Positions 1 to 8,859 of a stretch of 11,837 nucleotides of DNA are shown one piece after another (within the stretch, counting starts at the first letter, position 1; every line of letters begins with the position of its first letter). The notes under the pieces were generated by a model. The model saw only the letters and a list, made by a program, of their open reading frames with translations. It had not been told where the DNA came from and did not search any database. Made by a program: the position numbers and the translations under genes. Location of the stretch: the NCBI GenBank assembly GCA_051530055.1, contig JBMGUZ010000077.1, positions 1-11,837 of the forward strand, given 5' to 3'. The stretch comes from Neoechinorhynchus agilis. Its lineage: Eukaryota > Animalia > Acanthocephala.

Positions 1-215
1 GACTAAGTAACTATTTTTTCGTGATTATTCCTTCGTGTGGTTATTGAGTTGGGTGATATTGTACTTTTGAAATACAAATTGGACGCTGAAAAGTTATAAT
101 GATCGCTTAGAAAGTATTTTCGATACCAGTATATGGTCACACTTTTAAAGATCGCAGTAGAAAAGATGACAACTAAAAATCAATTTGTATTGATTACAAA
201 AGTCAGCGATAACGT

Positions 216-221
216 TTTATT
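216..221 (-). promoter_or_regulatory. Possible polyadenylation signal (AATAAA) for the zinc-finger gene
   Basis: TTTATT on the + strand at 216-221, about 22 nt past the stop. The hexamer is common in AT-rich DNA. Confidence 0.25.
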
Positions 222-242
222 GAAACAACATTGCGATAGATT

Positions 243-993
243 CTACATCTTTTGTCTTCTCTTTATGATCCTTGAATTTTTGTCCGGTGATACTAAGCGC
301 ATAATCGCCTTATTTCCGTGCATTTTTATGTTATGAACAATCGCCAGATTGTAGAATTTGCACGAATAATTACATTTTGAGCAGTGAATTCCTCCATTTT
401 GTAAGTGCAAAAACAAATGAGTCGCGGCCTCTGCTTCGTTGAACGTACTGAACCTGACACAAGACGAGCAACTATATGCAACCTTCTTTGCAGTATCACA
501 ACTTTCAATTTTAATTGCATTTTCTTGGAGTGCTTGGCTAACTTCCTTGATCTTGTCACTTCTAACTGGATCGTTTGCAGTATACACTTCGAGAAAGTCA
601 AATAAACATCTATTAGCAATAACCATGTGATCATTCGAAGATTCTGGAGAAGATATTGCGATATTCACCGCATTGAGAACATTGACGGCTACCTTAGATA
701 ATACTCGTTCAAATGATTCCTCGTTGTATTCAATAAAGCCAGCAAGGAACGGTTTATCCAGCAAGTTTCCAAACGTATCTTCGTACATGAAAAATGTTTT
801 TCTTGCAATTAATCTTGGAAGTATAAGGTAGTCTAACGATTGACTTTGAGGAACTTCCAAAACACAACCAAAATTATTATGGTGCTCCTCGAAATGATTA
901 TGGAAATCTATTTTAGTATTGCACCTATGAAAGCATCTCGTGCATTTATGATTCAGTCCAAGTTCGTCGCTAAAGACCCTATGAACATCGGAG
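243..993 (-). CDS. 3' exon of a multi-C2H2 zinc-finger protein gene (three fingers)
   Basis: The frame of the 243..860 ORF stays open upstream to 1001; the TTG at 860 is not a real start. The extension adds CTRC-x12-HFEEH (944-882). A finger pair follows: CSSC...HLFLH and CSKC-x12-HNIKMH (470-318). Candidate acceptor ATTTAG ends at 994. Stop at 243-245. Confidence 0.82.
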
Positions 994-1043
994 CTAAATC
1001 TTTAATTCTCTTTAATACACCATAATACGATCTATAGCCATAC

Positions 1044-1815
1044 AAATGACGGGTGAAATTATTTTCAGTTGATGAATTGGCCTTGTCCGATTTGCCTATT
1101 TTTTGAATTACCGGGCAATCAGTTGTATTGGATCGCTTTATTGGAGCCGGAAAACATACTCGCGATGCTGTTTGCGATAATATGGCCAATGATGCTGATG
1201 AAGTTGATTGAATTTGCACTTGTGTTCGTCTCCTCTGAGTTGACTGGCGATGTCTTTCCAATATATAATCATCAATTGTTGCTCGTGCTTCAACTTCGGG
1301 TAAAATCTGAACAACGCCGTCATGTGCTTCATACTTTTTTCTATTTCTGATGTGCTTTTGTACATCGGACTTATAGTTTGCTCGTTGACCGCAATATGAA
1401 CACTTGAACGGTTTCAAATTTCGATGTGCTGCCATGTGAATATAGAACTTATCGGCAGAATATGTGCCGAATTTATCACAAACATCGCAAACCAATCTGC
1501 CTGCCTTTGGAGACCTGAGTGTTCTTCGTTTTGAACGGGGATCCGGCTTCGGAATGGGACTTTTTTGTGGATCCGATCGTATATTGATTACATTCATTGG
1601 TCGTTCTTTATGTTTCCGATTCTGATGCTTGCTCACGTCCGAGGAATATTGGCATTCATGTGACTTGATATCCAAAGGCACATCGCGTTCAATCGATATC
1701 GATCTCATTGGTTCTTTGTACGGAGATTCCGGAAAGTCCGCGGACTTGACCCTCCTTAGACGCTGTGGCTGTTTGAATTCTAAATCCATAAACGGCAACA
1801 AACGATCGTAGCCCA
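1044..1815 (-). CDS. Upstream/internal exon of the same C2H2 zinc-finger gene (finger pair plus one degenerate finger)
   Basis: Contains CDVC...HMAAH, the linker RNLKPF, then CSYC...KHIRNRKKYEAH (1489-1322). Acceptor TTTTTAG ends at 1816, so the GTG start in the ORF track is really the acceptor G. Donor GTATGG at 1043 is phase-compatible (phase 2) with the acceptor at 994, giving a 50-nt intron. Confidence 0.8.
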
Positions 1816-1864
1816 CTAAAAAACTAGCAGGTATTTAGCGGTCACGTTTAGTGCGCATATTGAC

Positions 1865-2039
1865 GTCGTGGACGGTGGCACAAAAAATTAGTGTGCAAAT
1901 TTGAAGTGACGGCTACATTTTGAAGCTCAAACCAAGAACCGCTCAATGTGTTAAATCGGAGCTTCTTCAGATGTCTATCAAAACGTTTTCGGAATTGAGA
2001 AACTTTGATGTTCATACCCATTTTAGAGTTTAGGTTCAT
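1865..2039 (-). CDS. Possible first exon of the zinc-finger gene
   Basis: ATG at 2039 opens a frame. The phase-1 GT donors available (for example GTCAAT near 1864) would join the 1816 acceptor, but they are weak. No recognisable domain. Confidence 0.3.
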
Positions 2040-3640
2040 CAAAGGAAAATCCCGATTTTCCTTTCATTTTGATGGAGTCCATTTTTTACCTTGGCACCGC
2101 AGTCTAAAACGACGAACGTAATATCCGTCATAATTATAAAAATCAAGTGGTCAACTCTCATTCCAAGGTGCTTTTGTGAGTCATTTATATTTGTTTTTGT
2201 TTGTTCCCGATCATTTCAACTCGCATTTAGACACTGGAATCAAAACTGTCCCAATAGAACTCAAAAATAAGCAACTAAAATACTTATCGAGGGTTCATTA
2301 GAAATTCTATCTATAAAGTTCATCATTTTTCTCAGTAATGACAAAAAAACTTTTAAAATTTTAACATCTCAAAGATTTTAATCGTAATTTGTCTTTAGAG
2401 TGATCGATTTTTTTTTTGTTCATTTAAGTAACATAATGATTAGAGCGTTTAATTTTATTGAGTAACAATGCCGGTAAGATATTTTCTTAATTGGTTGTTG
2501 TAAAGGAGGGTGGCAAACGGCCACCCAACATCCTAAGGATTCTATATCTGCATCAAAACTGAAGGAGTTATTAATTGCAAAGGAGTCAGTTCCTCACAGA
2601 AAGCGAGAAACGATACTTGGAAATACCGACTAAGAAATGGCCGCATTCCATCACTCTGAAGGCGATCTCAATAAAATCTTGAGATGTTCTTGAAAGATGA
2701 ACGTTCTATCTCTCATTTCAGTGGAACACTTAAAATACGATTTATCTCCAGTAACTTCTGGAGACGATTACAAACCTAGAAATCTCCTGTACGAACTGTA
2801 AAATGTTCGAGGAGAGATTTGAATTCACAATCTTGTTTTTCATTTAGAGACTTAAAAGTGGGATAACCATACCCCGAACCGTTACCAACCCCACGTCAAA
2901 AACGCTTTAACGCTAATTTCATGTTCACTTTTTAATCTTTCCATGTAAGAATATCGCAATTACTATATATTATGAAATACATAAATTCAAAGGATCTAAA
3001 ACATATTTTAATGAACAAAGTGGACATTATCAAATATTTAAGACGTAATGATATAAGAAGACGAGTTTTACTAAAAACTCCGGACTTCAATCATTCATTA
3101 AATGTTAATTTGTGTTTATATTTGAATGGATGACTGTGATAAATAGATAATTTTAGTCTTCTGAACATTCCTCGTGAGATACTTTTTTGATTTACACTTA
3201 TTCAACAATGAACATTACAGGTCAATAATTCCGTTTATACTTATTTCAAGACGGTTTTGATGAAATTTCCGTCAATCAGTATCCGATTTTTTTCACTTGA
3301 GACGTCTTATCCTTACATCCGAGAAATGCGGCAACATCCGATACTTTAGTAAAGTTTTAGCTGTAATCAAATTGAAAAAAAGCTATGCCATTATCTCTGC
3401 TCGGATCTAGAAAGAGCGACGTGTTTGTAGCGCAATTGGCTTCTGGTTGGCCGTAATTAGCTATTCTAAGATGGTTTGAGGGTTATTTTCTCTTGAACGT
3501 ATGTCTCTCCACTGCGAAATCAGATCAATTTCGGCTTCTTCTGATTGGGATCACCAATGGATCGCATACACAAGGAACAGTCTTTGGTGGATTGGATTTT
3601 TTTTATAAAAATCCGATAGAAAATCTATTGGATTGAATCG

Positions 3641-3826
3641 ATGCCCTTTGGGTCGTCAATGAATAAGTACTTAGTGTGGCTGATATATGAGAAGATGATG
3701 CAGATTCGCGAGATGACAGATTTCATAAAGCAGATCGGCTTCAATGTTCGGATTGATCGATTCAATTCATTGGCGTCTTCCTTGCGCCAGCATAGACACA
3801 ATGATTTGAACATGGACGTTCCATAA
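3641..3826 (+). CDS. Short unidentified ORF or possible exon
   Basis: ATG-initiated 61-aa frame with ordinary protein-like composition and no recognisable motif. GT-AG pairs at 3818-3840 and 3883-3917 could extend it to a stop at 3969-3971. Confidence 0.2.
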   Translation: MPFGSSMNKYLVWLIYEKMMQIREMTDFIKQIGFNVRIDRFNSLASSLRQHRHNDLNMDVP

Positions 3827-4743
3827 ATATAGCATTTTAGACCAAAAATACAGCCGCTATCGATCCGTCGTACATATTGTCGGTAAATGTGCCATTTGAA
3901 GAACAATATTCTCATAGTTAATGGTAAAATACATGAACCGACCTGATTTATCTTTTGAACGAATAGGATGAACACACATTGTTTATTTGTACCGAAAGTT
4001 GAATCGGGTATTTGATTTGGAAGTGAGCTTTACTGGAACTTTAGCCGTGCGTGAGCTCGAAAAGATGGTGATATTTTGCTTCGGAATCCAAGAGGATGGT
4101 TGTTTTACTACCGGCTCATGTCCGTTTTTCCTAAAGGAATTCAAAACCTAATATCATTGAATGAAGGGAGAATGTGAACGTACGCAGGCTTGGTCGAATA
4201 ACGCAAGGAAAGTAGTTTTGATAAAAATGGTAATAACTCGTCATATTCAAGGATAACGTCGTCATTCAGAAATGGTTTTATTGTATGAGCACCCAGCGAG
4301 GTGAAAATCACAAATGAACCTGAGAAGTAAACTTTTCGGTCTTTGTTGTCGGTTTATAAGGTTGCAAAGGCTCAATAATACCCACACTTTGCGATTGGAC
4401 AAATCGACTCCATGATATATCAGAGAATACGAGAATCTCCACGATCAGCTTTGACAAATATCGACTTTCACCCTTTCGTAACAAGACCGGAAGGTTAGCT
4501 CCCTCGAAGCTGCGACGGTCATGGACACAATCCGCATCTTGATTAGCCATCTCAAATATAATTAAATTTCAGAAAAACCTTTGGAGAATTAGTGGCATTG
4601 TCTAAATCGCCAACTTCAAAACTCAAGTCTCAAAATGACTACTCTGAGCAGGATATAAAAACAAATCTCAATTCGAGATAAAAATCAGCGATGTCAGAGG
4701 TTTAATAAAAAGCAGATAACGAACGAAATGCGAAACAAGAAAC

Positions 4744-4787
4744 TCTCGTAATGATGAAATGGATACATGTCGAAACGTCACAGAACC
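4744..4787 (+). ncRNA. Degenerate minimal hammerhead-ribozyme-like motif of PLE type
   Basis: aTGATGA-AATGGATACATGT-CGAAACGTC-ACAGA. The core has C3>A. Stem II is ATG-GATA-CAT. Stem III is the palindromic ACGT with a GUC cleavage triplet. Stem I is imperfect (TCTcGT / ACAGA). It lies next to the PLE 3' region but on the opposite strand to the ORF. Confidence 0.4.
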
Positions 4788-4845
4788 TAAGATTTATCAT
4801 TAAAAAATAATAAATATATAATTCTATTTTTTGAAGTCTGGCAGC

Positions 4846-5124
4846 ACCAAGTCGTTGATTCAGTGTGCCCTCTATTGTCCGGTTCGCTGAAACCCGTATG
4901 GCCTCATACACGAGTCTCCGCCTCCAGTTCGCTTCGATCATAATCATAGCAGTACCGTTGAAGTCAACTCGGTCTTTAGCTGTCTGCTCGTGGTTAGATA
5001 TTGCCGAAGATAGATCGAAACGCTTACACGCGTATTTGTGCTGTTGGATGCGTTTGCTCAGACCTTGCTTCGTCTTTCCAATATACTTTTTATCGCAATC
5101 CGAACAGCCTATTTCGTAGACTCC
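4846..5124 (-). pseudogene. PLE GIY-YIG endonuclease domain
   Basis: GVY-x10-YIG with the PLE-specific CxxC between the two motifs. The conserved R..H (KRIQQH), E (YEAI) and terminal N (LNQRLG) are all retained. The His expected in the GH position is Asp (GAC, one base from CAC). The domain is separated from the RT by a stop and frameshifts. Confidence 0.9.
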
Positions 5125-5391
5125 GAATGTAGGTGTTGTCGCGGTCTTATTTTTGCAAAAACCAGCCAATGTCGTAGGTTTTCTAACAATAATCCTCACA
5201 TTCGGTATTATTTTTGCAGGGGTCGTAGTTTGTTAGTATCATCTTCACTAATGAAAGAATGTGCGATATATTTTGTAGGTGTTGGATTCGTTAGCTGATC
5301 GTTATTGCGTTGATCGGGTCGTCGCCTGATACGTTTCCTGGCCCTATCAATAGCCCACTTAGGATGTAGGACCTTTATGATGTCATTCCTT

Positions 5392-5830
5392 TCATTGGAC
5401 CAAATGGAGTTGGACGAGGGCTCTACGGAAATATGAACGTGTCACCTTTATCTTGTCCTCCGTAAGTCGGTGACCTGTCCATTCCGGTGGTCCCCATGGT
5501 ACCTTAGGTTTTCGATAAAGACTAGTAGTCATCGTTCCATTGCGATGTCGATTCACTGGGACAACGAGGTTCGGGACGTCGGTCCATGCCTTTATATCCA
5601 ATTTCGGTTCCGTGCAACGCTCGGCCAGGATCGTTGCAGTCATATCCAGCGCTCTAGCAAGAGGAATATTGGCGAACAAGGACACTACATCCGCCGTGAA
5701 TAGACTTTTATATTGCAAAAATTTTGTTGCAGAACATCGGAATTGACAGTATGCATTTCTAACTATCGTGTTTATTCTCTTGGCGAATTTGTGACAGCGT
5801 GAATTACGGGGTCCATGGATCTTAAGAGCG
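5392..5830 (-). pseudogene. PLE reverse transcriptase remnant lacking the catalytic core (no QxxG/MGS motif, no YVDD)
   Basis: DVVSLFANIP starts at 5691. About 30 codons later the thumb-proximal LVVPVNRHRNG...YRKP follows directly, so roughly 110 aa of a typical PLE RT are missing (junction near 5575). Confidence 0.85.
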
Positions 5831-6580
5831 GACAAGTTTCCGTCTTCATATTGTGGTCTAGCATCCAGGTTCCGAGCCAAACGAAGAATCGGTGGTGGTG
5901 GTGGCATCGGCGTCGTCGGCGGTGGTTGTCCGGCCGAGAGGGAATATCCGGTCAAGTAATGAAGTTTGTGGTTATTGTTGGCAGGGGAGTTTTAAGGTTG
6001 GATCTTTCCTCAGGTTTTCGAGAAAAAGGTGAGTTTTATGAAACCTATGATAAAAGGCTAGTTCACGCTCTTTTTACTTATAAGGACAGGCAACGTTGTT
6101 TGTGGCGTCGCTTGGGATTTGAGCAGGAATAGTCGATGGAATGAGGCCTCTTTAAACCGCTGACAGTTTCATGTTCAATTTTGAAGGATTCCGGGTGCAA
6201 ACACTCAATCTCTTCTGGTTTACACGATTTGGATTGGCTGATCTTCATCAAGGAGAAAATTGATTGATAACTCTTTCGTTTGAATATCCAATAAATCAAA
6301 CATTATTAAGCAAATACGTGAGATGGCGTCGCTTAGATTCGGTTTGAGGCTGCAGCAAAATAAGTATAAATTGGCCGTTTAGGCTGGCTCTGAAGATTAG
6401 AAATGTTCAGAGGACAGACCTCAATCAAAACTAGTAAGGAGTATGAAATAAAACAATCGACTCAGTGAGTTCGTTGTCTAAGACATTTGAGGACAACGAA
6501 TATCGATACAATGGATGGTGCTGCGGTCTGGGCATTTTTTTTATTGAAATCATGATTTTCCGATATTGTTCAATCGTTAC

Positions 6581-6780
6581 TTTCCATCAAACCATATTGA
6601 TTGTCCGATTGGTCCATCTTCGTCGTCTTCCCTTGTTTTTCCATTTGAAAGGAAGCAAAAGCTCCATTGTTTCGATTGAGAAAGTCCATGAAAGTCATTT
6701 TCTGGATACTGGTACCAACGTACCATTTGTTGCTGGGCGATTAAATATTCGGCAAGTTGCACATCGATAATTACACGATT
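6581..6780 (-). other. Unidentified coding-like segment, possible exon or pseudo-exon
   Basis: Open frame NRVIIDVQLAEYLIAQQQMVRWYQYP...DGK ending at a GTAACG donor-like site. A neighbouring frame gives TTQCHLPPPPPHP. No family recognised. Confidence 0.25.
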
Positions 6781-7133
6781 AGGTGTCTAGGATGCGGTGG
6801 CGGCGGCGGAAGGTGGCATTGGGTCGTTCCATTTTTATGGACTATAATAGTTCCGTCTGTTTGTAAACTGTAGTTTAACGGTCTTCTCATGGATCAATTT
6901 GGGGTGAAAAGCATGTTGTTATAACGACTAGTTCAACGGTGGTATCTATAGTCGATTCTGTTTTTGCTATAGCTGCCAGCACCAATCGAATCCACGCTTA
7001 CTAGAAAAAAATACTCGTTGCTTCCGAATCTAAAAATGCGATTCTTTATCTACGTTTGGATTTATTGTTGTAAGTCATCATAGCCTCGGAGTTGATAGCC
7101 AGCCTCTTTGAACCCGGCACTCCTTCATTTTAG

Positions 7134-7390
7134 CTTTGAGTTGTTGGACCGAACACCACGATTCGCTTTCGGCTTTAAGCATCAACAGAATCCGAGCATG
7201 CGATTGTGCTTATATTGAACTGGGATTATTGGCTCATGCGCAACAAAACGACTTTGAGAAGCTAAAACGCGCATTTACCCAATTTAATCCTTTCTGCATA
7301 GAACACTGTAAAAGACAAAAGATGGACATTGAACGGGACGTGGTGCCAAGTCTATCAGATAGATCAGGCCGTGCGATCGGCAGAATCCCG
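7134..7390 (+). CDS. Possible internal exon of an unidentified gene
   Basis: A pyrimidine-rich acceptor TCCTTCATTTTAG ends at 7133. An open, protein-like frame follows. Donor candidates lie at 7350 and 7371 (phase 1) and 7391 (phase 0). Confidence 0.35.
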
Positions 7391-7696
7391 GTACTTCATG
7401 CACTCTATGGATAGTTCAATTGGACCGAACTTTGTGCCACTCCAATAAGTACGCACACAATGAATTTCAAATCTTTTTTGAAATGAAGTATTCTAACAAA
7501 TGTTTAAGCCGATTAAACTAATTCGTCGTTTACTCGCTTTTTTGTGCTCTAGAAACTTTGAACTACTTTTGTTAGTTCGGCCGCTTTTGCTCTTAGGATA
7601 CTAAGAAAGTCGATTAAACTCCTACAGCCTTCCAATTACTTCTTGAACTTTAAAACTTATAATTTGTTCTTTTAAAATAAACATTTCTCCTTTCAG

Positions 7697-7941
7697 ATAT
7701 GACCATAGGCGATTCCATAAACCAACAGGGCATTAGTGTTGCAACTGACTGTGCAAACTTTGTCGACCGATATAGCAGAATGGCTCTGCGTTTTGTGGAC
7801 TCACCGAAAGTTAAAGATATTGATCCACAAAGTAAGAAGACATTATCGGAATCAATTATGAAGCAAAGAGAGACATTTAAAAATTTACTGGTTGTAAAAA
7901 AGGTCTTAGAAGCTCTAGATAATAAGTTTAATGTGCTTTAA
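7697..7941 (+). CDS. Probable terminal exon (or short gene from ATG 7699), helical unidentified protein
   Basis: Strong acceptor TTTCTCCTTTCAG ends at 7696. An 80-codon frame with amphipathic helical character (ETFKNLLVVKKVLEALDNKF) ends at TAA 7939-7941. Confidence 0.5.
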
Positions 7942-8219
7942 TAGCAAATTTGGCGACCACAATACATTTTAATGGCAGCAAAAACTAATTCAGCGCCGCA
8001 GTCATCCTTACGCTGGCGGTATTAGCTCGTTGGGTTGCAATATTCTGGCGGAAGGATGCTGCCACGCGATAATCCTTCGTGGTAATCCTCATACTTCTTT
8101 AATTATCACCCATCAGGTTCAGCGCCGACTATCTAATGGTCCACAAATCTCCGCTCCAAAGGAGACAAAGTTGAAAACTGCTTACAGCTGCCTCCACAAT
8201 GAATCCCGTTCCGTAATAG

Positions 8220-8705
8220 GCATTTTCCTCTGGTCCAAGGAAGGCGCATGGTGAGTTCCAAGATAGGCGTTCGAGTAATATTGCATACAAGGAAGTCTTT
8301 GAGAATTTTGCTTTGTTGAGTGCTGATTTGCTAATAAGGCAGATTATTAATCAACAAGATGCAACTATCGACGAGAGTATGGATGATGAAACTAAATTGG
8401 AAAACGTGATGCGATTGCAAACTTTCTTGAAGCACGATTGGCTTATGATGAGAAAAGAAGTTGCAGAGCGTGCTCTTAAAATGGTCGAGGAAGATGAAAT
8501 GAATGATATCATTGAGATTGTAAGAATCGAACGTTCGATATGCCCAATATGTCAATGTCGAATGAAGGCGAGTGAGGATTTAAATCATGGATTAAGTTGC
8601 AGTCATCGATTCCATCGGGATTGTGGTAAGCTATTATATACTGGACAAAAACAAAAGAAATGTCCGATCGCTGGATGTACTTCCTTGTACGTGGACGTTG
8701 CTTAA
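8220..8705 (+). CDS. RING-H2 (C3H2C3) finger protein, 3' coding part; putative E3 ubiquitin ligase
   Basis: C-x2-C-x15-C-x-H-x2-H-x2-C-x12-C-x4-C (CPIC...CSHRFHRDC...CPIAGC) at the C-terminus, after a helical acidic region. The frame is open from 8220, just after a TAG. The 5' structure is unresolved; a GTGAGT donor lies at 8251. Confidence 0.8.
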   Translation, partial: AFSSGPRKAHGEFQDRRSSNIAYKEVFENFALLSADLLIRQIINQQDATIDESMDDETKLENVMRLQTFLKHDWLMMRKEVAERALKMVEEDEMNDIIEIVRIERSICPICQCRMKASEDLNHGLSCSHRFHRDCGKLLYTGQKQKKCPIAGCTSLYVDVA

Positions 8706-8859
8706 ATTTCCATAAAATGATCTTTAACCACTGAGAAAACCCTTTTACTCTTCCTCAGGGCTTCTAGCGGACAAAAAGTTCAGAAACACGAGTTTCGCGC
8801 ATTCGCTCCCCGAGTTTGTCTAGCGCAAAGGATAACGCCAGCACGTCCGTGTTCTAGAT

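Larger units (their letters stand above)
4740..5830 (-). mobile_element. Degenerate Penelope-like retroelement (PLE): RT remnant + linker + GIY-YIG endonuclease
   Basis: The RT-linker-GIY-YIG order on one strand is diagnostic of PLEs. RT motifs: LKIH, DVVSLFANIP, G-T-M-T-T-S-L-YRKP and the thumb motif H-x5-K-x2-V-x-R-x4-RA. The linker ERNDIIKVLHPKWAIDRA...YIAHSFI lies in a shifted frame. Then GVYEIGCSDCDKKYIG. Stops or frameshifts occur near 5392, 5208 and 5199. Element ends are not defined. Confidence 0.92.

Noticed and set aside
133-1811. Small overlapping ORFs within the zinc-finger locus (for example 1138..1365-, 1069..1350+, 326..634-, 405..605+)
   Set aside because: Alternative-frame or antisense overlaps of the zinc-finger exons, with no domain features.
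2656-2726. Second hammerhead ribozyme (CTGAAGG...GAAAGAT...ATCTC)
   Set aside because: The core reads CTGAAGG instead of CTGANGA, stem II does not abut GAAA, and stem I does not begin at the would-be cleavage site. Kept only as part of the hairpin cluster.
4308-4550. 80-aa minus-strand ORF as part of the PLE or a host gene
   Set aside because: No PLE or other recognisable motif, and no supportable splice model.
4865-6132. Plus-strand ORFs 4865..5119, 5038..5298, 5470..5703, 5540..5746 and 5815..6132
   Set aside because: Antisense to the PLE frames and the Pro-rich segment; no independent coding signal.
6324-6440. Plus-strand mini-gene requiring a 19-nt intron (MASLRFGLRL...)
   Set aside because: The intron length is implausibly short without independent evidence, and the peptide has no recognisable features.
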